Virus record (IMG/VR): IMGVR_UViG_3300031787_000115
Location: 1 to 62,585 of that record
Reading direction: 5' to 3' (one strand)
From: a virus
Lineage: Duplodnaviria > Caudoviricetes
DNA: 62,585 nt
Numbering within the stretch: the stretch's first letter is position 1; the number at the start of each line of letters is the position of its first letter. Below are positions 44,796-53,942 of this stretch, piece after piece. Made by a program: the position numbers and the translations under genes. The notes under the pieces are model-generated. The model was given only the letters and a program-made list of their open reading frames with translations. It was not told the DNA's origin and searched no databases.

Positions 44796-46199
44796 TCAGG
44801 AGAGGCGGCGGTTGCGGGCCGCCGTGGCGGCGGTGCTCAGGCGCTGCTGCTGGTCAGCGAAGCGCTCGAAGGGGTCAGCCGGCGCAGCCTCCAGACCCCG
44901 GCCGTAGTGGACCGTCGAGACGCGCATAGGGCCGGTGCCGGCGACGTAGTTGACGGCCTGGGTCACGGAATCAGCCAGGTCGTCGTGCCCGTCATCCCGC
45001 ACGCCGAGCGACAGCAGCTGCTCCTCCACGGCCCGCAACCAGGGCGCGGCCTGCGGATGCCAGATCAGGCCCTGCTCATAGCTGGGGGCAGCGGCGTTGC
45101 CCCGGGCCGCCTTCCCGCCGAGGGGGTTGACCTGCACGATCTGGTAGCCGGCGGCTTCGCGCTTGAGCTGGTCAATGATCGCGCTGCCGTTGGCCTTGTC
45201 CTCGATCAGGAGCTCACGGAACTGCCAGCGGTCCCAAAGCGTGCGGATCAGGGCCAGGGTGTCCACATAGCCGATCTTCTGGTTCGCGGCCGACAGCAGG
45301 TGCATCCGGCTGCTGCTGCAGCCCCAGACGGTGATGCCCACATAGTCGTTGCTCTTGCCCTCCTTAAAGTTGGCGTCAACGCTGCACAGGACCCGCTGGG
45401 AGGCCAGCGGCGGCAGCTCAGCCGGGTCGTAGTAGCTGAACCACTCGCGGCGGAAGATGGCGGCACCGCGCAGGTCCACCACCTCGGCCAGGTACTCCTG
45501 CGCGAACAGGTCTGGCCCCAGGGTTCGGCGGGCGGCCTCGATTTCAGCTTGCGCAACCCGGCCGCCGTCGGCGGTGGTGAAGCGGAAGCCGCTGCCCTCT
45601 GGGTCCTCCCCGGTCTCGGCAGCCCGCAGGGCATCAGTAAACCAGTTCTCACCGGCGGGGGTTGTGATAAACCAGGCCGGGCCCTGCTGATCGCTCAGGG
45701 CCGGCCGCAGGACCATCGTCCACGCGTCCTGCCGCACGTAGGCGGCCTCATCGACCACGCAGCCGGAGAGGCTCACGCCGCGCAACCGGTCGGGATCCTC
45801 GGCGCCCTTAAGGTAGATCCTGGCGCCGTTGATCAGCTCGATCGACAGCTCCCCCTCGTTCTTGCTGGCCAGGGCCGCCGGAGGCACGGTGCGCTTAAGG
45901 TCCACCCAGGCGATCTGCTTCGCCATGCGATAGGTGGCGGTCACGTAGTAGAACAACCCACCGGGGGTGGCCAGGGCCCAGGTCAGCAGGCGGGTGATCG
46001 ACAAAAAGGTCTTCCCGAACCGCCTGCCGGCCATCAGGTACTTGAACCGGGCGGGGTTGTCGTAGACGCTGCGCTGCGGGTCGCTGAGGGTGGCACTGAG
46101 GCTGCTGATGTAGTGGCTGATGTCCACCAGCTCCGGCTGCGCCCCGAGCTGCAGCAGATCCAGGGCGGCGAGCCTGGCACCGGGATCAGCTACCCGCAT
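44796..46199 (-). CDS. terL: Terminase large subunit
   Basis: Walker A AGRRFGKT, Walker B VVDEAA, ITTP, nuclease HDDLAD. Confidence 0.95.
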   Translation of the reverse strand: MRVADPGARLAALDLLQLGAQPELVDISHYISSLSATLSDPQRSVYDNPARFKYLMAGRRFGKTFLSITRLLTWALATPGGLFYYVTATYRMAKQIAWVDLKRTVPPAALASKNEGELSIELINGARIYLKGAEDPDRLRGVSLSGCVVDEAAYVRQDAWTMVLRPALSDQQGPAWFITTPAGENWFTDALRAAETGEDPEGSGFRFTTADGGRVAQAEIEAARRTLGPDLFAQEYLAEVVDLRGAAIFRREWFSYYDPAELPPLASQRVLCSVDANFKEGKSNDYVGITVWGCSSSRMHLLSAANQKIGYVDTLALIRTLWDRWQFRELLIEDKANGSAIIDQLKREAAGYQIVQVNPLGGKAARGNAAAPSYEQGLIWHPQAAPWLRAVEEQLLSLGVRDDGHDDLADSVTQAVNYVAGTGPMRVSTVHYGRGLEAAPADPFERFADQQQRLSTAATAARNRRLS

Positions 46200-46656
46200 C
46201 AGTGGGCTCCTGCGGCTCAACACCGAGACCGCGAGCCCTGAGGTTCAGCTGCAGGATGCGCTCCTGCTCCGGGGGGAGACCCGCAGCGATGATCGCGTCC
46301 ATCACGGCGGTCATGGTGCGTTTCTCAGCTCGGCGATCAGCGGCGGCGTCGGACCACTCCTCACGGAAGAAGGGGCTATGTGTCAGCAGCCAGGCCGCAT
46401 CCTTGGCCTCACCGGCTGCGATCTTGCGGGTAAGGGCGACTTCCGATCGCAGGATGGCCTCATGAATGGCCGTTGAAAATTGCTGCTGCAGCGGGTCTGC
46501 ATCAGGTGATCGACCATCACGCATCCATCGGCGGATGGTTTGCTCTGTGACCCCAACAGCGCGACCGATGGCCACGTAACTGGGGCAGTGTTCGGCTACC
46601 TCAACCGCAGCAGCGATGAGGTCAGGAGTGAGGGTGCTGGGTCTGCCGGCAGGCAC
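46186..46656 (-). CDS. terS: Terminase small subunit
   Basis: GRPSTLT..HTH (AIGRAVGVTEQTIRRW)..AAWLL; directly upstream of terL. Confidence 0.8.
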   Translation of the reverse strand: MPAGRPSTLTPDLIAAAVEVAEHCPSYVAIGRAVGVTEQTIRRWMRDGRSPDADPLQQQFSTAIHEAILRSEVALTRKIAAGEAKDAAWLLTHSPFFREEWSDAAADRRAEKRTMTAVMDAIIAAGLPPEQERILQLNLRARGLGVEPQEPTDAGS

Positions 46657-46685
46657 GTCACGCGCACGGCTGGACGCGGGGGAGT

Positions 46686-47075
46686 CTAATCCCCTTGCTG
46701 CCGATTGGCAACCGAAGCAGCGGCGGCCTGCTCCAGCAGCCAGGTGCCGAAGCCGACGTGTGTGAAGACAGCGTGGGTGCCCGGCGGGGTGGGATAGGAC
46801 TGCGCCCACCACTCGCGGAAGCGGGCCTCGATGGCGGCGGGGGTTGGGGTGCTCATGGCTGAGGTTTCCGGTTGATGGCTGCCGATGGCCTCCAGCCAGT
46901 CGGCGGTGTCGCTGTGGCCGTGGCGCTGGCGGAGCAGGGCGGCCAGTTCGTGGGCGACGGCGGTGGACAGCAGCAGGCAGTCCTCACAGGCACGAGTGCA
47001 GGGGTTGAGGTCGGTGTTGGCGGCGCAGAGGGCCAGGGCCAGGCGGATGCGTTGCTGGGTGGTTTGCTCGGTCAT
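46686..47075 (-). CDS. Hypothetical protein, probable internal restart at ATG 46856
   Basis: Late motif GGAAAC lies 7 nt before internal MSTPTP. Confidence 0.6.
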   Translation of the reverse strand: MTEQTTQQRIRLALALCAANTDLNPCTRACEDCLLLSTAVAHELAALLRQRHGHSDTADWLEAIGSHQPETSAMSTPTPAAIEARFREWWAQSYPTPPGTHAVFTHVGFGTWLLEQAAAASVANRQQGD

Positions 47076-47875
47076 GTCATGCAATAGCCAGACTCACAAC
47101 CGTCCTGCTCGTCGATCCATTCGGGAGACAGACCCAGCTGGTTGGGGATTGCTTGGTTGATCGGCAGGCCCTTGCGAGCGCCAACGCCGCTGATGAACAC
47201 AGAATCGCGGCCCAGCTCCTGTCGCTTGCGGTTCAGATGCTGCTCCAGCAGGGTGACCGCCAGGAACAGATCAGGGCGCTCCTGGCGCATGGCCACCCAC
47301 TGATCGGTCGTCTTGTACGGGCAGAACCAGCAGCTACTCTTGGGCGGCTGGGGTAGGCCAGCGGCAGCAACGATGCGCAGGCATTCGCTGCGGTCAACGC
47401 CCAGCTCAATCAGCGGATAGGCGCTGACGTAGCCGTCACTTTCGCGACTTGGCGTGGCCCGATGCGGCTCGTCGGTGCTGATGCCCTTCCCCAGCGTGCA
47501 GCCGGGGGCGTTGCGCTTGATCCAACGGGCGATCGGCTTGATCTTGAACTCAGTGGTGCAGTTCCGCCGACCAGGCGCACCGTTGCTCATCCGCACCGGG
47601 ATGTTGATGGCCCGGACGGGACGCTGCAGATCCTCAGACAGATCAACTGGCGTGCCATCGCGGCGACAGCGCTGAACGTCAACCCACTCAATCCCGCTTG
47701 CGGCGGCATAAGGCTTAAGCACTTCGGCCACATAGCGCAATGTGCGCGGGTCTTCAGCCTTATCGCCGACGTTGGCAAAGATGAACGTGCGGTAAGGGAT
47801 GCGGCCTTGTGCGGCCAGCACCAGAGCGGCTGTGGATTGAACGCCGCCGCCGCAGCTAAAGATGCACTTGCTCAT
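47072..47875 (-). CDS. PAPS-reductase-like (PP-loop) protein
   Basis: FSCGGGVQSTA PP-loop, CTTEFKIKPI, YPLIE, PKSSCWFCPY, CESGYC. Confidence 0.85.
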   Translation of the reverse strand: MSKCIFSCGGGVQSTAALVLAAQGRIPYRTFIFANVGDKAEDPRTLRYVAEVLKPYAAASGIEWVDVQRCRRDGTPVDLSEDLQRPVRAINIPVRMSNGAPGRRNCTTEFKIKPIARWIKRNAPGCTLGKGISTDEPHRATPSRESDGYVSAYPLIELGVDRSECLRIVAAAGLPQPPKSSCWFCPYKTTDQWVAMRQERPDLFLAVTLLEQHLNRKRQELGRDSVFISGVGARKGLPINQAIPNQLGLSPEWIDEQDGCESGYCMT

Positions 47876-48048
47876 GCCACCCTCCCCCACTGCCCCTTCG
47901 CCTGCCGGCCAGCGAGTACGTGCTGCGCCCAGCGATCGGCGCGGGCCAGCAGCCAGCGGGTGAGGCGGATGGCGACGGGTTTGACCAGTCCCTCCATCAG
48001 GCACAGGGCGGCGAAGGCATCGAGGGCGACGTGGAGATCAGAGGGCAT
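47872..48048 (-). CDS. Small hypothetical protein MPSDLHVALDAFAALC..
   Basis: Coupled at both ends; not in ORF track. Confidence 0.55.
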   Translation of the reverse strand: MPSDLHVALDAFAALCLMEGLVKPVAIRLTRWLLARADRWAQHVLAGRQAKGQWGRVA

Positions 48049-48440
48049 CACTCCACCTCCCCCTCTGACGATTTGGATGACCGGGCAGTTGCTTCACCAA
48101 ACATTTCACGAATCATTGTCGTGTAGGGCCGGATCTCCCTTGGTGTTGTGCCTTGGCACCTGAGAGCACATAAAACAACTTTGGCTGGCTCCTCCTGTAC
48201 GCCAATGATGGCGGCCAGCATTTTCTTGGCCTTGAAGCCAGCGCCGTACTCAAGCAATCTCAGCTCGCATCCGTGAATAATTCTTCCGTCTGTCAGTTCG
48301 TGCTGCTTGCCATCAAAGAAGGCGACACACGTAAATGGTGTATCGAATGTGCTCATGATGTAAGGCTTGCCAAGGTTCTTGGGCAGCTTGCTCTCAAAGT
48401 CCTGCCTGAGGCGGTTTCTGTCGCTGGTAATTAGCCTCAC
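48048..48440 (-). CDS. Hypothetical protein, lower GC
   Basis: Coupled ORF. Confidence 0.6.
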   Translation of the reverse strand: MRLITSDRNRLRQDFESKLPKNLGKPYIMSTFDTPFTCVAFFDGKQHELTDGRIIHGCELRLLEYGAGFKAKKMLAAIIGVQEEPAKVVLCALRCQGTTPREIRPYTTMIREMFGEATARSSKSSEGEVE

Positions 48441-48889
48441 GATTCCACCTCCCCGGCGGGCAGGGTGCCAGTAGTGACGAGCCGCAGGAAAGCCTGTTGC
48501 TGGGCGGCCCTGGCAGCGTCTCGGACAGCGGTCCCGGCAGCGTCCCAGACAGCGGTCCTGGCAGCGGTCAGCTCTTCGTTCGACGCCTCACCATTTGCGT
48601 GCCTCGTCGCTACCTCCAGCGCAGCGATGCTGCGCGAGTCGGTCATCAGGTGCTGGACTTGACGGTCACACCAGACGGCGTAGAGACGCCATTCGCGGGC
48701 GTAGCGCGGCTCTGCTCGACAGCACCACAAAGCGTCACCGAGGCCAACGGCCTCGACAATCTGCGCATAGCTGATGGGTTCATCGTCCGGGACGACCTTG
48801 CCGGCGGCGGCCAGTGCTCGGGCTTTGCCTTCGTCGCAGGGATTAGCGGCCCAGATTCTGTTGAGCGTGGTGGTCAGGGGGTAGGTCAT
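48437..48889 (-). CDS. Conserved phage hypothetical protein
   Basis: GLGDALWC..WRLYAVWC.RQVQHLMTD.RS pattern. Confidence 0.75.
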   Translation of the reverse strand: MTYPLTTTLNRIWAANPCDEGKARALAAAGKVVPDDEPISYAQIVEAVGLGDALWCCRAEPRYAREWRLYAVWCDRQVQHLMTDSRSIAALEVATRHANGEASNEELTAARTAVWDAAGTAVRDAARAAQQQAFLRLVTTGTLPAGEVES

Positions 48890-49056
48890 GCCGCCACCTC
48901 CCGCCGGCAGCGGCGGTGCCTGGCGGTGAACTCGTCTGACAGACCCACCAGCTCGGTCACAGGCATGGGCAGCATCACCCAGTGCTCATCGCCGCAGCAG
49001 AGGCAGCGGAGGCGCGGGGGCTGCTGGGCGTAGTCGAGGATGCAGTGGTCAGGCAT
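48886..49056 (-). CDS. Small Cys/His protein
   Basis: CLCC..HRRC. Confidence 0.6.
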   Translation of the reverse strand: MPDHCILDYAQQPPRLRCLCCGDEHWVMLPMPVTELVGLSDEFTARHRRCRREVAA

Positions 49057-49384
49057 TAGCGATCTCCAGCCCGCCCATGGCTTCACTGATGGCGCTGTAC
49101 TCCTCCGGGGTCAGGCGGCCCGCAGACAAGGCGGCACCAATGACAGCCAGGGCTCGCTGTTGCGGCGTGGGCGCGGGACGGCGGGCGGCGCGGAGCACCT
49201 CGGCGCCGCCAACGATTGCCGTCCATGCGTAGCACGCCTCCAGCTCCGCATCGGCCCCGGCGGCATAGGCCAGGCGGGCGACGTGACCAGCGATGTCGCC
49301 AGGCCGGCGCATGGGGAAAAGCCGGATGGCTTCCGCCAGCCATTCCCCGAACTGCTCGGGTGTGGGTTGCATGGGGTGGTTCAC
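49049..49384 (-). CDS. Hypothetical protein
   Basis: YAAGADAELEAC motif; coupled. Confidence 0.6.
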   Translation of the reverse strand: MNHPMQPTPEQFGEWLAEAIRLFPMRRPGDIAGHVARLAYAAGADAELEACYAWTAIVGGAEVLRAARRPAPTPQQRALAVIGAALSAGRLTPEEYSAISEAMGGLEIANA

Positions 49385-49584
49385 GGTGCCTCCGGCAGGG
49401 GTGGATGGTCGGGCAGGGGCTGCCACCAGGCGGGGAACATGACGTGCTCCTCTCGATTCACCCATGCGGCCGGGAAAAGATCAAAGGCGCGGGGCTCCCA
49501 TCGCACGATCTCGATTGCGTCGTAGTCGCTGGCCAGGATCTCGGTCCCGTCCGTGGGTGCGGTGTCGATCGGTTGCCAGGTCAT
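49381..49584 (-). CDS. DUF551-like small phage protein
   Basis: MTWQPIDTAPTDGTEIL..WWQPLP. Confidence 0.75.
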   Translation of the reverse strand: MTWQPIDTAPTDGTEILASDYDAIEIVRWEPRAFDLFPAAWVNREEHVMFPAWWQPLPDHPPLPEAP

Positions 49585-49790
49585 CGGCCCCACCAGCAGC
49601 GGCCCCAGGCGTTGTTCTCGGTGTCGGAGTTGACCCACTTGACGCGACCGATGCGCCCGGAGTCCTCACGGGCCGAGAACACGGGCCAGTGCGGGGCATG
49701 GGCTGGGTGCCACATGAACAGGACACGGGCGATCCTGTTGTTGAGCCTGTAGAGCATTGATCCTCCTTGGGGTTTGATTCTGTAGCTCAT
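49581..49790 (-). CDS. Hypothetical protein
   Basis: Coupled ORF. Confidence 0.5.
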   Translation of the reverse strand: MSYRIKPQGGSMLYRLNNRIARVLFMWHPAHAPHWPVFSAREDSGRIGRVKWVNSDTENNAWGRCWWGR

Positions 49791-50026
49791 GGATCCACCT
49801 TCCGCCAGTCGCCATAGGCCCCGACCGGGCTGGCGGTCTCATGGGGCTCCGACCACTCGGGGCGGTTGTTGTTGCGGGTGCTGCTGGCCCAGACCGCGAT
49901 CTGCTCGCCGTGCCACAGCAGGGTGCGGCGGTACTCGACCCAGGGGCCACGGGGGAACTGCTGGCGCATGGTGATGGTGTCGCCAGGGCGGAGGCGCATG
50001 GTGTTGATGCGTTCGATGTCAGCCAT
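49787..50026 (-). CDS. Hypothetical protein
   Basis: Coupled ORF. Confidence 0.55.
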   Translation of the reverse strand: MADIERINTMRLRPGDTITMRQQFPRGPWVEYRRTLLWHGEQIAVWASSTRNNNRPEWSEPHETASPVGAYGDWRKVDP

Positions 50027-50267
50027 GGTCGCCCCCCGGTCCCTTGCGCAGCTCTTTGCAGATGGCATTCCGGCGAATGTTTGGTCTTTGAATCAGATCC
50101 TTGTAGGCGGCAATAACAGAAGCGGCTAAAAGTCGATCTTTCATGGAAAAGTGAGTAATTTCATGGTCGTATCGAAGGCAGTGTTCCACGTCGTCAAGGC
50201 GACTGCATGGAACGGGCCAGCACATGCCGTCGAAGTTGCGAAAGGGCGCTGGTGTGGCCTCAGTCAT
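50019..50267 (-). CDS. Hypothetical protein
   Basis: Coupled ORF, lower GC. Confidence 0.55.
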   Translation of the reverse strand: MTEATPAPFRNFDGMCWPVPCSRLDDVEHCLRYDHEITHFSMKDRLLAASVIAAYKDLIQRPNIRRNAICKELRKGPGGDHG

Positions 50268-50515
50268 TCGCCCCGCTCCGCACGGTCGGCCTCTGCGGTG
50301 AGCAGGGCGCGGAGGTGTTGGCGTTCTCGCCAACGGTGCAGCTGTGGATCGTGCATTTGGTGAACGACGCCTTTCTCGTCCGGCACAAGCCAGTCCCGCA
50401 CGGCGCGGATCTCGGCGGCGGTGGCGTGACGGATCGATGCCAAACGGGCGCCTTCAGAGTTGTATCGCGCTTGCGTCATCACCTGCCACAACGGCGGGCG
50501 GTTGGGGGTGGTCAT
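50264..50515 (-). CDS. Hypothetical protein
   Basis: GGAGG RBS; RPPLWQVM..AAEIRAVRDWLVP. Confidence 0.7.
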   Translation of the reverse strand: MTTPNRPPLWQVMTQARYNSEGARLASIRHATAAEIRAVRDWLVPDEKGVVHQMHDPQLHRWRERQHLRALLTAEADRAERGE

Positions 50516-50597
50516 GGCTGGGGCTCCTCCCAGGGCAGTGGTGGATGATCGGGCAGCGGTTGCCAGCTATGTGGATAGAAATAGCGGAAGTCCGTGC

Positions 50598-50972
50598 TCA
50601 TCGCCCCACCCCCAGCCCACGGGCTTCAGCTTCGCTCAGCTCCCGGATGCCATCCACCCGGGCCATGGCGTAGCGGCTGGCGGCGATGTCGATGGCGTCC
50701 CGCAGGCTGGCGGCGCGGATGGTGCAGCGGATGGGGCGGCCAGCGGTGAGCGGCACCTCCAGGGCCCAGAGGCTGCCGAGGGAGCGGAACTGGGGGCCGA
50801 GGACCGGGGCGTCCTTGCGGGGGCGTTGTCGCTCCTCGGCGATGTTGGGATTGAGATCGGAGATTGGCATGGTGGTGGTGGGTGGGGTGAGCAGAAAGGC
50901 GCCGGTGCCGGCGGTGGGGTGGCAGGGGTCGGGCAGGGGTGGCGGGTACCAGGTGCCGGTGGTGGTGCTCAT
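50598..50972 (-). CDS. Hypothetical protein (start 50972 or 50870)
   Basis: ORF with N-terminal MTase-like leader segment. Confidence 0.55.
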   Translation of the reverse strand: MSTTTGTWYPPPLPDPCHPTAGTGAFLLTPPTTTMPISDLNPNIAEERQRPRKDAPVLGPQFRSLGSLWALEVPLTAGRPIRCTIRAASLRDAIDIAASRYAMARVDGIRELSEAEARGLGVGR

Positions 50973-51490
50973 GCCGCCACATCTCGGTTCACTGGCTCCA
51001 CCCACGGCAGGCCGATTAACTCGAACAGTTGCCGCTCTGTGGTGGTGGGAACGACTCGGCCAGCGAAGTCGCGCAGCAGGCCTCCTTCAGAGCGATAGCC
51101 AGCGCGCACCCATGCGCGGGCCAGTACCTGATGGCTCCAGGCGGCGGAGCCAGTGCGGATCGCCAGCTGGAGGCCGAATCCGCGAGGATCTGGCATGAAC
51201 AGGTCCACTTTCATCCCGCTGGGATGCAATCGCTGCGTGTAGCGGCAGGGAAGCTCGCCCCTGATTTTTTCCCACTGCTCCACTACCAGGGCGACGCCGG
51301 AGCGGAATAGAGGTGACGCATCGTAGTTCGCCGGGAGGCAAACAATTTCAATATCTCCGATGGTAGGCCGCTGGCGACGAATGCTGCCGGCAATTTCGAT
51401 CTGCTCGCAATGCGGTCCCAATTCAGCCACGATGCCGCTGGCGATATTTAGAGCCTGGGCCAGGGGGCGGCGGGTGTTGGTGGTGCTCAT
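50969..51490 (-). CDS. Minimal DNA polymerase X-family nucleotidyltransferase
   Basis: IAGSIRRQRPTIGDIEIV, KVDLF, RTGSAAW, TERQLFELIGLPWVEPVNR; 173 aa. Confidence 0.85.
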   Translation of the reverse strand: MSTTNTRRPLAQALNIASGIVAELGPHCEQIEIAGSIRRQRPTIGDIEIVCLPANYDASPLFRSGVALVVEQWEKIRGELPCRYTQRLHPSGMKVDLFMPDPRGFGLQLAIRTGSAAWSHQVLARAWVRAGYRSEGGLLRDFAGRVVPTTTERQLFELIGLPWVEPVNRDVAA

Positions 51491-52653
51491 GCCGCCACCC
51501 CCTGCCGGCTGGCCTTGACGGGAGCGGGGTCAGCCTCGCGCACCTGAATCGGCATCACCAGGTAGGTCATGGTGTCGATGCCATCCACGGGCACCAGCAC
51601 TGCCGGGGTGGTGGGGCTGTTGGCCTGGAGGGCGACGCGATCGGTGGCCATGGCCTTCAGGCCATCGAGGAGGTAGCGGACATTGAAGGCGATCGCCAGA
51701 TCGGCCCCGGTGATGTCAGCGGCCAGGGTTTCGGAACCCGAGCCGACGTCCTGGGCATCAGCGCGCAGGGTGCAGAGGCCAGCGGCGGCATCAGCGGCGA
51801 GCTTGATGACGTTGCTGTGCTGATCGGCCAGGACCGCCACACGATCGAGCGCAGCAGTGAAGGCCCGGCGGTCCACCTCGACCCGGATGTCGAAGCTGGG
51901 GGGCAGCAGCTGGCGGTAGTTGGGGTAGGTGCCGTCGAGCGTGCGGGTGATCAGGGTGTGGTCGCCGGTGCGGACCACCAGCTGACCAGCGGCGGCGGTG
52001 AGCTGGAGGGGGCCAGCGGCAGGAGCCAGCAGACGCTCCAGCTCCCGCAGCGAGCGGGCGGGGACGGTGGCCGCGAACGGTTCAGCGGCGGCATCATCCA
52101 TGCCATCGGTGACAGCGAGGATCGCCAGGCGGTGGCCATCGGTGGCGGCGCATTCCATCCCCAGGGGCCCGACCTGCAGGTGCGCACCGGTCAGCAGTTG
52201 CTTGGACTCATCGGTGGCGGCAGCGCCAAGGGTGGCGCGCAGGCTGCGGGCCAGGGCATCGGCGCTGATCTCCAGCGGTGTGCCGGTGACGGTAGGCAGG
52301 TCGGGGTAGTCGGCGGCGGGCATACCCCGGACGGTGTAGGTGCCGCTGTTGCTGGAGAGCTCCGCCTGATCGCCGTCGAGCTGTTGCACGCCGATGGGTG
52401 AATCAGCAGGCAGACGGCCCACGATGTCGGAGAGGAGGCGAGCGGGGAGGGTGATGGCGCCGGGGGTGAGGACGGCGGCGGGGATGGTGGTGGTGATGCC
52501 GAGGGACAAGTCGTAACCGGTGAGGGTCAGACCGTCGTCAGAGGCGGAAAGGAGGACGTTCGCCAGGACCGGGTGCGAAGGGCGGGAGGCGATGGCGCGG
52601 GAGACCAGCTGCAGGGCGGTGGTCAGCTGAGCCTGGGAGGTGGTGAAGTGCAT
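51487..52653 (-). CDS. dnaN: DNA polymerase III beta sliding clamp (cyanobacterial type)
   Basis: ALQLVSRAIASRPSHPVLANVLL, AATDGHRLA, GTYPNYRQL, IAFNVRYLLDGLKA, YLVMPIQ. Confidence 0.95.
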   Translation of the reverse strand: MHFTTSQAQLTTALQLVSRAIASRPSHPVLANVLLSASDDGLTLTGYDLSLGITTTIPAAVLTPGAITLPARLLSDIVGRLPADSPIGVQQLDGDQAELSSNSGTYTVRGMPAADYPDLPTVTGTPLEISADALARSLRATLGAAATDESKQLLTGAHLQVGPLGMECAATDGHRLAILAVTDGMDDAAAEPFAATVPARSLRELERLLAPAAGPLQLTAAAGQLVVRTGDHTLITRTLDGTYPNYRQLLPPSFDIRVEVDRRAFTAALDRVAVLADQHSNVIKLAADAAAGLCTLRADAQDVGSGSETLAADITGADLAIAFNVRYLLDGLKAMATDRVALQANSPTTPAVLVPVDGIDTMTYLVMPIQVREADPAPVKASRQGVAA

Positions 52654-52749
52654 GGAGGAGGCTGCCGCCGGTGCCGGCGGAGGGGTGGTAGGTGGTGGGG
52701 AGGAGCTGATCGATCAGGGCGGTGGGCGGATACCAGGTGCCGGCGGTGT

Positions 52750-52965
52750 TCATTGGCTGTCTCGGCGTTCAGCCAGCGCGCTGAGCACTTGACCTGCGGG
52801 CACGCTCAGCACTCGTTCGCGGTAGTTGAAGCGGTGCGCTTCAGGCGGCGGCGGAGCCGATGGCAGCCAGTCGGCCTGCACATCGGACCACTGCCGCCAG
52901 CAACCGGCCACGTAAGCCCACCGGTGCGGGCCGAGGGTGGCGTGGTCGAGGTGGGAGCCGGTCAT
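52750..52965 (-). CDS. Hypothetical protein
   Basis: Coupled ORF. Confidence 0.5.
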   Translation of the reverse strand: MTGSHLDHATLGPHRWAYVAGCWRQWSDVQADWLPSAPPPPEAHRFNYRERVLSVPAGQVLSALAERRDSQ

Positions 52966-53942
52966 GCCACCGACTCCGCAAGGTGTTCGGCCAGGTCGAA
53001 CAGCTCGACCTGGTCCGGCTCGCGTGTGTCTTCCACGGCGATCGCCATGTTCCGCACGGCCTGGTTGAAGTAGCTCTCCTTCAGCTCGATGCCGATGCCA
53101 CGGCGACCGAGGGACACAGCTCCGTAGACCTCGCTGCCTACACCCATGAAGGGGGTCAGGACGGTCTCGCCGGGGTTGGAGCGCAGGCAGATGGCCCGGT
53201 CGATCACGTCCAGTTGCAGGGGGTGGACGTGCTTCTCGTCATCAGGGTCCTTGCTGTCGCGGAACGGCAGCACCCGGCCCATGCTGATGTCGTCCCAGAT
53301 CGAGGAGGCGTAGCGGCGCCAGATCCAGTGGCTGTAGCGGTTCTCCGTCTGCTTTCCCTTCCAGCCCCTGTAGCGCAGCAGCTCCTGAGGGATCGGGCAC
53401 TCGCCGGCGTAGTGGTCGAGGCCCGTGGGATTGGCGATCGGGATGGGGTTGGTGCCGCTGCGGCGGAAGATCAGCAGATAATCAGCGGAGGCAACGCCAG
53501 CGAAGGCGGCATCGTCAACGATGGTCTTGTGGGCCAGGTTCTTGACCATCGTCCGGTTGCGAACCCACAGGGGCTCCTTCCAGATCGTGTGTCGGGCGAC
53601 GTAGTGCCAGCCGTGGGCCTCGTGCAGGGCAATAATCTTGCCGGGCAGGTCCATGAGGGAGTCCTGGCCGCTGTTACCCGATGGGATGTCTGTGCAGTGA
53701 ACAGCCGTCAGGCGACCCGGAAGGGTCAGGCGGTGCAGCTCTTTGACCACGTAGCCGTAGTGGCTCATGAACTGGTCGTAGTCGCTGCAGTTGCTGATGT
53801 CGCGCTCGTTGGAGCTGTAGACATACAGCCCAGCGAAGGGTGGGCTGTAGATGGAGAAGTGGACAGACTCACCTGGGAGTCCGCGCATCACCTCGATGCA
53901 GTCGCCGTTGTAGATGGCGTAACGGTCCGTGATGACATCCAT
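52962..53942 (-). CDS. DNA methyltransferase (N4-C/N6-A, beta class)
   Basis: YNGDC, SIYSPPF, HVHPLQLDVI, VLTPFMGVGSE, GIELKESYF. Confidence 0.9.
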   Translation of the reverse strand: MDVITDRYAIYNGDCIEVMRGLPGESVHFSIYSPPFAGLYVYSSNERDISNCSDYDQFMSHYGYVVKELHRLTLPGRLTAVHCTDIPSGNSGQDSLMDLPGKIIALHEAHGWHYVARHTIWKEPLWVRNRTMVKNLAHKTIVDDAAFAGVASADYLLIFRRSGTNPIPIANPTGLDHYAGECPIPQELLRYRGWKGKQTENRYSHWIWRRYASSIWDDISMGRVLPFRDSKDPDDEKHVHPLQLDVIDRAICLRSNPGETVLTPFMGVGSEVYGAVSLGRRGIGIELKESYFNQAVRNMAIAVEDTREPDQVELFDLAEHLAESVA

